Positions 7,011 through 16,429 are shown, counted from the first letter of the stretch. The stretch: DNA of 51,923 bases from a virus (IMGVR_UViG_3300017996_000002:1-51923), one strand, 5' to 3'. Notes: generated by a model from the letters alone, not told the origin. A program made the numbers and translations.

Positions 7011-9350
7011 TTAAGCCCGCTGAGCCGTCTCGTACAAAGTTTTTATGAGACCTACGTCACGAATCTCGCTGCTCGCATGGCCGGCGATTATGAACAGCCT
7101 CGGATTGCTTGCCGGTGTCAATTGGATGCCCTCGGGTGCGCCCGGGTGTGGGCCGTACCCCAAGGCCGCCAACATTTCGCGGCACTTGTTGGGCGTCATG
7201 GTGCCTCGGCGTACTGAACCTATGAGGGCGCGTAGCGAGTCGAAATTGATCCAGCCGCCTTTGAACCCGACCCGCTTCGCGCGTATCGCCTCGAACACTT
7301 CTTGCTCAGCCGCTCCTAGCCCGAGTTCGATCGCCTCGGCAGTGCTCGACGTGATGGGCGCAAATTTACATTCGGTCGCCGGATTGAAATTGTCGTCAAT
7401 GGGGTCGGTCGCGAGATAATGCGCGATGTGTGCCCATCCTTTGCCGCCGAGTTTCGGGTGCGCCCATGTCCACAAGCGCCGGAAGTATTTCGACTTTGGC
7501 TCGTCAATAGAATCGCGCAGCCCGTCGCGTACGAGATCGCCCGCGTATTGTTGAGCCGAGAAAAAGGGCGCGATGCGTCGATCGTCCGGTTCTTTACGTA
7601 TACCGTCCTTCGAATTCGAGTTGAGAATCGCATTGAAGCAAACTTCGCGCGTCATTTTGTCAATGCCCTTGGGTTGTATCTCAATTCGCGGGCTCGTGAT
7701 CATCGGCTTGAGCGTTTCCCATAACTCGCCGTGATCGTCCTTAATCTTCACGTCTTCAAGCGCAATGAATAGGCACGCGTGAAGCGATGCGTTGAACTGC
7801 GAATCGATATTTTTAGGCGTCGGGCGTTGCGTGTATTTTTCACCAATGCAGTATTCCATCGTGTCCGATACAAACGACTTGCCGTTACCGGGTGCGCCTT
7901 GAAGGAACGGCCACCACATGGACTTTTCGCCTTTATGCTGCATCATGAACTTAAGATAGCTGAGCAATATATGCCAATCGGGAACGCCCTTACGCTCAAC
8001 GGGCCAGAGCTTGCGCAAATGGTCGAGGAACAACGAGACGTCGCCGGGCTCCATGATGATCTCAAGAGGCGCGTACGAATTGATACGGCGTCGGTCGTCG
8101 CGTTCGGTGATTTGCCGAGGCGCGATGCGTGGATCGAATTCGAGCTCGTGCACCTTGACCGGCGCCACGATACCCGAGTTTGTGAATGCTTCCCACGCGC
8201 TCGCGGTCGGCTTTGCGCCCGTGCATGAGATCAAGAACTCGCATCCCGGGTGACGAATGTCGAAACGCTTTTGATCCAGCAAATAGCCGTCGCTCGTCAT
8301 GATTTTGCAAACGTCTTCCACGTACACATATCCCTCGAAGCGCCGTAATTGCTCCGAGCCCGTGATCACGCCTGGGCCGTCATATGTTGGGCCGCCGGGC
8401 TCGGGACTAGGCGGGGGCGGAATCAGCGGACTGCTCGGAGGCTGCGGGATGGGAACAGCCGGCGCGATGGTCACGGTCGCAACGAGCGACGATACGACGC
8501 GCTCAGTAGCTCGATCGTAGCCGGCGGCCCGCGCGTCCATGTATAAGCTCGCGAGCGTACGAGGGCGTAGGGCGGTGTTCTTGCCGAAACTGTCCCAAGT
8601 CACGCGGCAATCGTCTGTGCCCTCGTACGTGCTCGCTGTTGCGCTCCAATCGTCCCAAATATCGAACCCGTCTTGCGCACCCTTGCTCGCGTAGTGGATC
8701 GACATTCCCGCCTGATACCAGACTTCGCGGTCGGTCGGGTCGATGAACTTGAGCGCCGCGGGCAATTCGTCGCGCTGCATGGGCCAATACTCAACCGCGC
8801 CGCCCACATTCGAGACTGCGAGGGGGGCCGCCGGTACGGCCGCGGGCTTCGGTGTCGCCTGAGTGACGAGCGCGTGTAATGAGGCTGGCATGGGTTTGAG
8901 CGTGCCCGTGATCGGGTACCCGTGGGAGGGCCAATAAATGATATAGCCGCCATTGCCGCGGGTATCAATGCTCTTGCATTTGACGCCGTCAATCGTCAAG
9001 GCTTGCCGGCTTGCGAGGGTATCGCCTGCGAATACGTAATGATGCCCGCCGCTGCGCGTGGTGTGGACAACTGAGCTATTGAGCACGTCCGCATACACCG
9101 CGAGAAACGCCGAACTTAGCTCATCGGGCTTGCTGGCCGTGTCATCGTCGATTACCACGATTCCCGAGACGGCGCCCGTAGGCACGCCGACCAACGAGTC
9201 AGGCTGAGCCGTCCACCATGCCAAGACTTGCGCCGGATCGCGCGTCGCGTCTTTAAAGCCGTGCTCCGTACGCGGCCGTTTGCTAACCGGGTCGCACGGG
9301 AATACAGGATATAAGGTCCGAGCTATCTCTAGCGCGCGGGTCACGATCAT
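7011..9350 (-). CDS. Primase-helicase: bifunctional Prim-Pol + PriCT-2 + SF3-type helicase (DUF5906-like)
   Basis: PVFPC...KRP...HGFKDAT, VVIDDD, TRSGGHHYVF, IDTRGNGGYII; PriCT REVWYQAGMSIH...WDDWS; Walker A GAPGNGKS; DDRR. Confidence 0.9.
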   Translation of the reverse strand: MIVTRALEIARTLYPVFPCDPVSKRPRTEHGFKDATRDPAQVLAWWTAQPDSLVGVPTGAVSGIVVIDDDTASKPDELSSAFLAVYADVLNSSVVHTTRSGGHHYVFAGDTLASRQALTIDGVKCKSIDTRGNGGYIIYWPSHGYPITGTLKPMPASLHALVTQATPKPAAVPAAPLAVSNVGGAVEYWPMQRDELPAALKFIDPTDREVWYQAGMSIHYASKGAQDGFDIWDDWSATASTYEGTDDCRVTWDSFGKNTALRPRTLASLYMDARAAGYDRATERVVSSLVATVTIAPAVPIPQPPSSPLIPPPPSPEPGGPTYDGPGVITGSEQLRRFEGYVYVEDVCKIMTSDGYLLDQKRFDIRHPGCEFLISCTGAKPTASAWEAFTNSGIVAPVKVHELEFDPRIAPRQITERDDRRRINSYAPLEIIMEPGDVSLFLDHLRKLWPVERKGVPDWHILLSYLKFMMQHKGEKSMWWPFLQGAPGNGKSFVSDTMEYCIGEKYTQRPTPKNIDSQFNASLHACLFIALEDVKIKDDHGELWETLKPMITSPRIEIQPKGIDKMTREVCFNAILNSNSKDGIRKEPDDRRIAPFFSAQQYAGDLVRDGLRDSIDEPKSKYFRRLWTWAHPKLGGKGWAHIAHYLATDPIDDNFNPATECKFAPITSSTAEAIELGLGAAEQEVFEAIRAKRVGFKGGWINFDSLRALIGSVRRGTMTPNKCREMLAALGYGPHPGAPEGIQLTPASNPRLFIIAGHASSEIRDVGLIKTLYETAQRA

Positions 9351-9360
9351 ATTTTACAGC

Positions 9361-9642
9361 TTACGCGTTGAAAAAATTGGCGGCTTCTTTCCGCAGCGCG
9401 AGCGGCGCCCGCTTCACGTGCTCGTTGCCGTCCACAAGCCCTTGCCGAATGATAACGAAGTACCGGCGCTTAATCGCTTCTTTCATGATCGCCGTGCGCA
9501 AGTCGGTCATTGTGCCAAAGTGGTAAGAGATCGTTCCCGTTGCAAGTTTCGCCTTGGCTGCGAGTTCGCGCCGGGTCAGATTGCGGTATCCGACGCGTTG
9601 CGCCAGTAGCACGGCCTCGTCGAGTATCAGTTGTTTGCTCAA
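9361..9642 (-). CDS. TetR-family helix-turn-helix regulator
   Basis: ILDEAVLLAQRVGYRNLTRRELAAKAKLATGTISYHFGTMTDL matches the TetR N-terminal HTH pattern. Confidence 0.85.
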   Translation of the reverse strand: MSKQLILDEAVLLAQRVGYRNLTRRELAAKAKLATGTISYHFGTMTDLRTAIMKEAIKRRYFVIIRQGLVDGNEHVKRAPLALRKEAANFFNA

Positions 9643-9674
9643 GTTCTTAACTCCTATGTTTCTGGGAGAACACG

Positions 9675-10040
9675 CTAATCTTCGCCCGTTGTGAATGCGG
9701 CGTTGCCGCCAAGTGCGTTTACTTTGTCAATAAAGCGCTTCTGCGCAACTTCGTGCGGGTCATTGGGATTGAACTTCCAGCCCTCCGGTTTGCACTCGCG
9801 CACAAGCGCCCGGCCGATCGTTTGGCCCACCATATCGGCCGTGATCAGCACGGGCTCGATACCACACAAATCCGAAGATTTGCATTTCTCGTTAAATTTC
9901 TTGCTGATGTTCCCGAGGCCGTACCGTACCTGAACCCCGCGAGCGTCCTTGAAGGCGCCCGAGTTATTCCGCAGCAACCATGCGCCCCGCTGAGCGGCCT
10001 TGAGTTGTTCGCGTGCCTGTACTGTGCGCTCGTCGGTCAT
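9675..10040 (-). CDS. VRR-NUC-like nuclease / Holliday junction resolvase
   Basis: RNNSGA...SSDLCG...ECK...Q..FI..V.ALGGNAAF, a PD-(D/E)XK pattern. Confidence 0.8.
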   Translation of the reverse strand: MTDERTVQAREQLKAAQRGAWLLRNNSGAFKDARGVQVRYGLGNISKKFNEKCKSSDLCGIEPVLITADMVGQTIGRALVRECKPEGWKFNPNDPHEVAQKRFIDKVNALGGNAAFTTGED

Positions 10041-11731
10041 GCTTGCACCACGTTACGCGCGAGTAGATACGACTGAATGCGCCCCTCAAGTTCGAATGCG
10101 TCCTTAGCGTTGAGTATCTGAGCGCTGATGATATCGACGCCGAAATCGTAATAGAAACGCTTTTGCGCCTCGCGCAGTAGCAGTCCCAAATGTGCCATGT
10201 AGCCGCCGTAAAGGGCCATGAGCGCACGCAATGACTGTTGCCCTACCTGGCGCTCGTGATGCGTACGGACTATTACACCCGAGGCCGCGGCGGGTGCCGC
10301 TGCGGGTATACGTGGCGCCCCGTCGACCCGAGCGAGTTCGCGGCGCAATGCCGCGAGCACCGTACCGTCGAGTTCGATCATATCGCCGTCGACTTCGTCC
10401 GGCGTCGCGCGCCCTTGGATTATGACGGGTGAGCTGCAATAGGGACATGCGATCAGGAACCGCTCGAAGGGCTGTAGACATTCCAAGCACGTGCGCAACA
10501 GCGATTTTTGCGAGTTGCCGCGCTTCGTCTTGGGATCGTCGAGCGTGTAGATTTGCGGGATATCAGGTAACCCGTGGCGTAGGACATTCTGCACGTGGTC
10601 GATAATGATTGCCTTGGGCTTGCCGCTCGCGGCGATGTATGCAAGGCGCTCGGCGTCCGTGTACGAGCCCCAATTCTTGAATATCTCGGGCGCGATCAGC
10701 ACGCGCAGCGCGCGGCCGATTTGCTGCGCAAAAAGTTGAAATGAGTTTGTGGGCCGGGCCATTGAGATCACTTCTACGCCCGGCACGTCGACGCCCTCGC
10801 CGAGCACGTCGACGCTCACAAGCTGCATTATCTCGCGATTGCGGAACTTATGCATGAGCGCGGCGCGGATGTGGAGCGGCGTTTCGCCCGTGATGATCTG
10901 AGCTTCCACACCGGAGGCGCAATACTTTTTCGCGATCTCGGTCGCGCTTTGAATATCGACGGCGAATGTAATACCGAGTTTGCCGGGCGCAAACTTGCGG
11001 TACGCGTTCACGATATCGCCGACTATGCGCGGGCTCGCGTGAATGGCCGCGCGTACTTCTTTCGCGTTGTATTCGCCGGATTCCGTGACATGGAAGCCCT
11101 GTAGATTCACGTCAGTTGACGGACATATGAAACGATAATCCGTAAGGAACCCGCGATCAATGAGGCTGCGACAGTCAGGGCCAATAATGAGACGATCCAC
11201 AACGCCACTTGCGCCGCGACCGAGACCGCGTCTATCGCCACGGACAGCGTGAGCCGTAGGCAAGAGCCCGCGAGCGTTCGGAAACATCGCAAGAGCCTTG
11301 CCCCACTTGTTCGCTTCGAGTACATGGTGCCCCTCGTCAATGATCACTAATCCGACATTTTGGAACCAAACATCAGCCGACGAGTCCCGGCGAATAAGCG
11401 TATCGACGCCCGCGACGCGTGTTTTTGCGCGCGGATCGTGGTACGTGGTCCCATGTAGCGACAACTCGGCCGTAATGATTTGGCGGACGATCGGGGCGGG
11501 CGCAATGATAAAATGCGGAACGGCTTCACGGTTTAAGGCTAGCGCAAGTTGCGCGAGCAATTCCTGACGGTGAGCTATGACCACGGTCGGGACGTCAAGC
11601 CGTTCGATAATGTGCCCAATTATGACAGTTTTCCCCGAGCCGGTCGGCGACGTCATCATGACGTTACGGGCGCCGTCGGCCCAAGCGTCGACCACGTCAC
11701 ATTCTAGCCTTTGTTGGAAATCACGAAGCAT
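10037..11731 (-). CDS. Superfamily 2 DEAD/DEAH helicase with C-terminal zinc finger
   Basis: LRDFQ, SPTGSGKT, IIDEGHH, EGVDVP, QQIGRALR, CLEC...CPYC. Confidence 0.92.
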   Translation of the reverse strand: MLRDFQQRLECDVVDAWADGARNVMMTSPTGSGKTVIIGHIIERLDVPTVVIAHRQELLAQLALALNREAVPHFIIAPAPIVRQIITAELSLHGTTYHDPRAKTRVAGVDTLIRRDSSADVWFQNVGLVIIDEGHHVLEANKWGKALAMFPNARGLLPTAHAVRGDRRGLGRGASGVVDRLIIGPDCRSLIDRGFLTDYRFICPSTDVNLQGFHVTESGEYNAKEVRAAIHASPRIVGDIVNAYRKFAPGKLGITFAVDIQSATEIAKKYCASGVEAQIITGETPLHIRAALMHKFRNREIMQLVSVDVLGEGVDVPGVEVISMARPTNSFQLFAQQIGRALRVLIAPEIFKNWGSYTDAERLAYIAASGKPKAIIIDHVQNVLRHGLPDIPQIYTLDDPKTKRGNSQKSLLRTCLECLQPFERFLIACPYCSSPVIIQGRATPDEVDGDMIELDGTVLAALRRELARVDGAPRIPAAAPAAASGVIVRTHHERQVGQQSLRALMALYGGYMAHLGLLLREAQKRFYYDFGVDIISAQILNAKDAFELEGRIQSYLLARNVVQA

Positions 11732-11746
11732 TATTTGCTCGGGCTG

Positions 11747-11789
11747 TTGACACGGCCGTCATTTAGCCTGAGACTGACGGCTCGGTCAA
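11747..11789. promoter_or_regulatory. Overlapping divergent promoters with two TGAC-N6-GTCA operators
   Basis: Plus strand TTGACA-17-GAGACT; minus strand TTGACC...TAAAT. Palindromes at 11748-11761 and 11775-11788. Confidence 0.65.
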
Positions 11790-11813
11790 CTACTAATTTA
11801 CGGAGCCCTTCAC

Positions 11814-12695
11814 ATGCAAATTATGCTTGACACAACGACATATGAGCACCCGGCCGCGCTGCGCGCCCTGGCGAAGTTCATTGAAGCGATAGCCGCAATT
11901 GAAGACGCGACACCCGCCGCTGTCTCTGCTAGCGGTATCGTAGAGATCAAGGACACAAAGGCCGCCGCTGAGTTCTTCGGGACGGACGGCAAGGCCGATA
12001 CGGTCGCGAGAGAGACGGCGACCATTCTCGACTTTAAGACGTCGGACAGTCTACCGCCCGACCACTTCGAAAAAACTGGCACGGCCGCGCCGCCCGTGAT
12101 TCCGCCGCCGTCGGCCGGCCTCTATACGTCGAGCGGTACAACGGCGGCGATTCCGCTACCGCCTGTGCCCGTGCCTGTGCCTGTGCCCGTGCCGCCGTCT
12201 GCATTGCCGCCCATCCCGAAGCCGCCCGGCGAAGCGCCCGCGCCTTTGTTCGACTTGGCTGGCGTTCAGTATGACGCAAATCTGCACAGTTCGACGAAGT
12301 CGAAGACGATCGATGGCCGATGGAAAGCACGCCGCAACCGAGGCGGGTCGCAGATTCCGCCGGCCGGCGCCGTCACAGTTGTTGCTGCGCCCCCGATCCC
12401 GCCGCCGCCCGCTTCGGTGAGTCCCCAATCCGACGACGGGGACGACATCGACGTCGAGGATGATTCCGGCGAACCTACTGGACTACCGGCGGGGTCGGCG
12501 CCGATCGGCATGACAACTGCCGCGGATTTTCTGAAGTTCATTGATAAAATCACCGAAGGGCTAAACGCCAGTACGGTGACACAAGCGAAGATTGCGGAAG
12601 TATTGACGCGATTCTCGATCGATTCACTGTTCTCGCTGAGCGCGCGGCCGGAACTTATCGCGGGTGTTTCCGCTGCCTTTGGGTTCGCGCCGTGA
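11814..12695 (+). CDS. Proline-rich conserved phage protein
   Basis: D.AGVQYDANLHSSTKSKTIDGRWKARR motif between Pro-rich linkers; GGAG RBS. Confidence 0.75.
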   Translation: MQIMLDTTTYEHPAALRALAKFIEAIAAIEDATPAAVSASGIVEIKDTKAAAEFFGTDGKADTVARETATILDFKTSDSLPPDHFEKTGTAAPPVIPPPSAGLYTSSGTTAAIPLPPVPVPVPVPVPPSALPPIPKPPGEAPAPLFDLAGVQYDANLHSSTKSKTIDGRWKARRNRGGSQIPPAGAVTVVAAPPIPPPPASVSPQSDDGDDIDVEDDSGEPTGLPAGSAPIGMTTAADFLKFIDKITEGLNASTVTQAKIAEVLTRFSIDSLFSLSARPELIAGVSAAFGFAP

Positions 12696-12898
12696 GAATG
12701 CAACAGATAGGGCCGCAACAACCGGAAGCGCAGCCGTCGTATCTATTTCGCTTCGGCGTCGTGGCCCGGCACGTGCTCGGTCTTACGTGGGAATGGATTG
12801 ACATGGACGGCAAGCACGTTTCGTATGTAATAGCCGAACACGTCGACTATGCATCCACGCTCAGCGAACAATTTTTGCAAACTAGGAGTAATCGGTAA
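12692..12898 (+). CDS. Hypothetical protein (68 aa)
   Basis: Translationally coupled at both ends (GTGA and TAATG overlaps). Confidence 0.55.
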   Translation: MRMQQIGPQQPEAQPSYLFRFGVVARHVLGLTWEWIDMDGKHVSYVIAEHVDYASTLSEQFLQTRSNR

Positions 12899-13212
12899 TG
12901 GCACGATCGACAAGCGGACGCCTCGCGCGCCGCGGTAAGAATCCGGACGTTCTACAAAAGGCGTTCGAAGCCGGCGCAAAAACCGGATGGGAACAAGGCA
13001 CGGCCGCCTTTGCGAAACGTCTCGCATCGCCCGAGGGCGTTGTGCTTCCCGACGGGCGCATAGCGCGGCTCGTGTATTTCCCGAAGCCCGCGTTTGCGCC
13101 CACGGGCGAACTCGTCGCCGCCGAGGCGCCCGGGCTAGATACGCCAGCCCCGATCGGTATCGTCGACCCGCCGCAAATACCGCTCGGCAACCCCGAGGTA
13201 TCAAACAAATGA
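12898..13212 (+). CDS. Hypothetical protein (104 aa)
   Basis: AGGAG RBS; coupled to its neighbours. Confidence 0.6.
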   Translation: MARSTSGRLARRGKNPDVLQKAFEAGAKTGWEQGTAAFAKRLASPEGVVLPDGRIARLVYFPKPAFAPTGELVAAEAPGLDTPAPIGIVDPPQIPLGNPEVSNK

Positions 13213-13661
13213 CCCTCAAATATTTACCGCTGATATTGCTCGTGCTCGCGGGCTGCGCGACGCCTTCAAAACTTCCGCACCGCCCCGCGTGGGAGAGTTT
13301 CAATATTCAAGGACACGGCACGGATCATCATTGTAAAGGACCGGATATCGCAAAGCATATGCCGATGTATGTCTACGGCGGGGACGGTACGCCGTTTTTC
13401 CTAGAGTGCATCGCTGAGCACGAAGATGACGAAGACGGCCCGCCCGGACAACTTAGCCGCATGGCGAAAACTGACAAAGTGTGGGCTATCACAATGCCTA
13501 AAATGGAGTCAGTCGAAGTAATGGTGCCGCACGTTACCGAAGGTACTGTGCTGCTATGCTTCCGAGCCGTACGTCAGAATGCGCTCGATTGTTTTTATCG
13601 TAACGATGAGACAGGCCAGATGATTATCCGACACGTCGAATCAAACATGACAGGAGTTTAA
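13209..13661 (+). CDS. Putative lipoprotein
   Basis: MTLKYLPLILLVLAG|C lipobox; GAGG RBS. Confidence 0.7.
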   Translation: MTLKYLPLILLVLAGCATPSKLPHRPAWESFNIQGHGTDHHCKGPDIAKHMPMYVYGGDGTPFFLECIAEHEDDEDGPPGQLSRMAKTDKVWAITMPKMESVEVMVPHVTEGTVLLCFRAVRQNALDCFYRNDETGQMIIRHVESNMTGV

Positions 13662-13663
13662 CT

Positions 13664-13855
13664 ATGTACGCATTTATCATGATGGTTGCGGTTCTTCAGA
13701 GCAACGGCGAATACGCCACGTTCAGCGAGACTTTTAGCGATCCCGAGGCATGCATCGCTAAAATCGAAGTCGTCAAGCATATGGATTTGTCGGCGACCGA
13801 TGCGAAAGCGCACGTAGTATACGCGGAATGCGTCCGCGTCGAGGCGGCCCCGTGA
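13664..13855 (+). CDS. Small hypothetical protein with hydrophobic N-terminus and two Cys
   Basis: AGGAG RBS; F.D.EAC...AECV pattern. Confidence 0.6.
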   Translation: MYAFIMMVAVLQSNGEYATFSETFSDPEACIAKIEVVKHMDLSATDAKAHVVYAECVRVEAAP

Positions 13856-15033
13856 GCACCGGACACGCACCTGTTCCGCCTTCGTTTCTCGATACCGTGG
13901 TGCATTGTCACGGGTCGCTGGCCCTCGCGCGAGCGAACCCGCAGCCCGATACGGACGCCACGCGCGAGGGCAACGTTGCGCACAAGGTCGCGATGCTGTA
14001 TGCGCTCGCTAGCACGCGAGACGGCATAGCGCCCGAATCTAAATGCTGCGTACTCCCGAAGCTCGGCGACATCATCGACGGAATCCGCGTCGACGCCGAA
14101 ATGGTCGGCGGCGCGAAACTTTACGCCGAGGCGCTCGAAGGCTTCGCCGGGAACCCCGAACAAACAATCCCCATTCACCGAATACATCCGGGTCTAATCG
14201 ATCCTGAAACCGGCGAGATCACGGAAATTTGTTTCGGCACGCCCGACTTTTGGCAATACCGCCATGAGACAAAAACGCTGCGAATTACGGATTATAAATA
14301 CGGACACTTGTACGTCGAAGTTTACGAGAACTATCAGCTAATAGCGTATGCGGCTGGCGCGCTTGAATTGCTCGCGAAAACGGGCGTACTCGAAGCCGAT
14401 ATCATCGTCGAGTTTCTGATCGTGCAACCCCGCTGCTATAGCGCCGATTCGCCCGTGCGCGAGTGGGTTACGTCGGCGTCGAATCTGCGGACGTACATAA
14501 ACGAAGCCGCGCAAGCCGTGGCCGACGCATTGGCGCCGAACCCGAAGACGAAAGCCGGGACGCATTGCCTATTCTGCCCCGCTCGCGGGATTTGCAAGAC
14601 GGCCCACAAGGCGAGCACGGCAATCCTTGAATACGCCGGCACGGTCGAGGCGATGTCCCAAAATCCGCACGAGGTAGGGTTGCGACTCAACCTGATTAAT
14701 GCCGCGATCACGATTCTAAAGGGCGTCGGCACGGGGCTTGAGGAGCAAGCTATGCAGATGATCCGGCGTGGCGCCGTCGTGCCGTGGTTCAAGATTGGGC
14801 ATAGTACGCCGCGCGAAGTATGGACAAAGCCGGCGGCGACTGTCGCAACGCTCAGCGTACTTGCCGGCAAAAAGATAGCGCTGACAGAACAAGCCTACGC
14901 TATGACACCGAAACAAGCGATTAAAGCGGGTATACCCGAGGCGCTTGTGCGGATGTTCAGTACGCAACCGCACGGCAAGGCACGACTCGAAGCTGAGAGC
15001 GACGCAAGTCTAGCAAGAGTTTTTAAACGTTGA
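13852..15033 (+). CDS. DUF2800-family Cas4-like PD-(D/E)XK exonuclease
   Basis: HA.VPPS...CHGS, EGNVAH, FGTPD, ITDYKYG, QLIAYA, IVQPR, HCLFCPARGIC. The GTG start overlaps the upstream stop. Confidence 0.88.
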   Translation: MSTGHAPVPPSFLDTVVHCHGSLALARANPQPDTDATREGNVAHKVAMLYALASTRDGIAPESKCCVLPKLGDIIDGIRVDAEMVGGAKLYAEALEGFAGNPEQTIPIHRIHPGLIDPETGEITEICFGTPDFWQYRHETKTLRITDYKYGHLYVEVYENYQLIAYAAGALELLAKTGVLEADIIVEFLIVQPRCYSADSPVREWVTSASNLRTYINEAAQAVADALAPNPKTKAGTHCLFCPARGICKTAHKASTAILEYAGTVEAMSQNPHEVGLRLNLINAAITILKGVGTGLEEQAMQMIRRGAVVPWFKIGHSTPREVWTKPAATVATLSVLAGKKIALTEQAYAMTPKQAIKAGIPEALVRMFSTQPHGKARLEAESDASLARVFKR

Positions 15034-15057
15034 CCGCGCGGTCAGTCAGTGTATAAT
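15030..15057 (+). promoter_or_regulatory. Sigma70 promoter with TGAC-N6-GTCA operator
   Basis: TTGACC-16-TATAAT; palindrome TGACcgcgcgGTCA at 15031-15044. Confidence 0.7.
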
Positions 15058-15096
15058 TTCGTTCGATCGTTTCAATCATAAACGGAGCATTCACAG

Positions 15097-16038
15097 ATGG
15101 CACGAAGCAACGCCGCAAGGCAAGTAGTATTTCCCGGTAGTCGTTTTTTGATGGGCTCAATGTACAAAGCGTCGGACAAGGACGCGGACGGTAAGCCCCG
15201 AATCGTCAAGACAGGACAGAACGCCGGACAGCCCACGCAACAGTTCTTTTTCGCGTTCGGGATTCCCAAAACGCCGGGCTTCACGCACTGGGCGCATGAG
15301 ACTTGGGGTGCTGAAATTTGGGCGGTAGGCAACACCTGTTTCCCTAAGATCGCCGAGGGTGATCAATTCTCATGGAAAATCGTGGACGGCGATTCGCCGA
15401 AGCCAAACAAGAAGGGCATTGCACCGAATAAGCGCGAAGGCTACCCGGGCCATTGGGTCGTATCGTGCGCCTCAACATTCGCGCCGAAGATTCGCACCGC
15501 GGACAACAGCGCAGCCATTCTTGAGCCCGATGTGTGCATGCCCGGAGACTTTATCCAAGTGGCTGCCACAGTCGACGGCAACGCCTCGACACAGAACCCG
15601 GGCGTGTATATAAATCACGACTTCGTTCTGTACCTCGGGCCAAGCGCCGACGGTCGTATCGTATCCGGAGCTGACCCGTCCGCTGTCAATTGGGCGGGTG
15701 CTGCCGCTACGTCCGCGGCTATCATGTCCAAGATCGTCGCAACGCCCGTTGCGCCCGGTGTGGCAGCCGTTCCGGCGCCCCGCCCCGCCGCGCCCGCGGC
15801 CGTCCCTGCCGTTCCGAGCGTGCCGACCGTCCCGGTAGCCGCCCCCACGGCCGTAGCCCCGTCCCCGGGGTTCCTGGCGCCAGCCGGCGCGGTCCCGCGC
15901 CCGCCCGCGCCCGCTGCACCCGTGCATACTTTGACGGCGCTCGCGGCCGGTCATTCGTATGAGACGCTGATCTCTCAGGGATGGACCGATGCGCTGTTGA
16001 TTCAGAACGGGCTTATGCTCGCTGCGGGGGGTGTTTAG
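15097..16038 (+). CDS. Single-stranded DNA-binding protein (DUF2815-like) with Pro/Ala-rich linker
   Basis: It lies between the DUF2800 nuclease and the polymerase. Motifs FSWKIVDGDS, EGYPGHWV, PGVYIN, and C-terminal YETLISQGWTDALLIQNG. Confidence 0.75.
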   Translation: MARSNAARQVVFPGSRFLMGSMYKASDKDADGKPRIVKTGQNAGQPTQQFFFAFGIPKTPGFTHWAHETWGAEIWAVGNTCFPKIAEGDQFSWKIVDGDSPKPNKKGIAPNKREGYPGHWVVSCASTFAPKIRTADNSAAILEPDVCMPGDFIQVAATVDGNASTQNPGVYINHDFVLYLGPSADGRIVSGADPSAVNWAGAAATSAAIMSKIVATPVAPGVAAVPAPRPAAPAAVPAVPSVPTVPVAAPTAVAPSPGFLAPAGAVPRPPAPAAPVHTLTALAAGHSYETLISQGWTDALLIQNGLMLAAGGV

Positions 16039-16117
16039 CCTTTCGGCGTTAGTCGCCGAGATACATCGCCGGGCCGCCGGGTCCGGTGATAGTATCGACG
16101 ACGATATCCCGTTTTGA
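16031..16117 (+). CDS. Short +1-frame ORF ending in the SSB C-terminal tip DDDIPF (frameshift extension or standalone 28-aa peptide)
   Basis: GTG TTT AGC ... ATC GAC GAC GAT ATC CCG TTT TGA = VFSLSALVAEIHRRAAGSGDSIDDDIPF. Confidence 0.55.
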   Translation: MFSLSALVAEIHRRAAGSGDSIDDDIPF

Positions 16118-16254
16118 TCCATGTTCCCGCCCGCGCGCCAAACGCCCCGCTAGCCCCGAGGGCAAAATGTGACACAGCTTAAAAACTGCAACATATCGGG
16201 GGATGAGGAAAGGTCACGGTAAGGCGCGCGGGAAATGGGGCGAGGGGGAACGCC

Positions 16255-16425
16255 GTGATCTTTCGAATTATTTACGAAATCGATGTAGATACCATGCAAT
16301 ACCGGATCAAATTTAAGGCTGAGGGACTATCCGACGAGGAAAGCTACGCCGAATGTCTTCGTGCGCTTGCGACCCTCGAAGCGCATTTGCTCTACGGGAA
16401 ACCGGCCGCCGCGAGCGTCCATTGA
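16255..16425 (+). CDS. Small hypothetical protein (56 aa)
   Basis: GTG start after GAGGGGG. It ends just before the polymerase start. Confidence 0.5.
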   Translation: MIFRIIYEIDVDTMQYRIKFKAEGLSDEESYAECLRALATLEAHLLYGKPAAASVH

Positions 16426-16429
16426 CGTG

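Noticed and set aside
13852-15033. Cas4-like nuclease as part of a CRISPR-Cas or casposon system
   Set aside because: It is in the standard nuclease-SSB-polymerase context, with no cas1 or array.
16150-16220. Hammerhead ribozyme or c-di-GMP-I riboswitch (GATGAG...GAAA, GGGCAAA)
   Set aside because: The core consensus (CUGAUGA-stem-GAAA; GNRA/receptor layout) is not satisfied, so it is kept only as a generic structured-RNA candidate.
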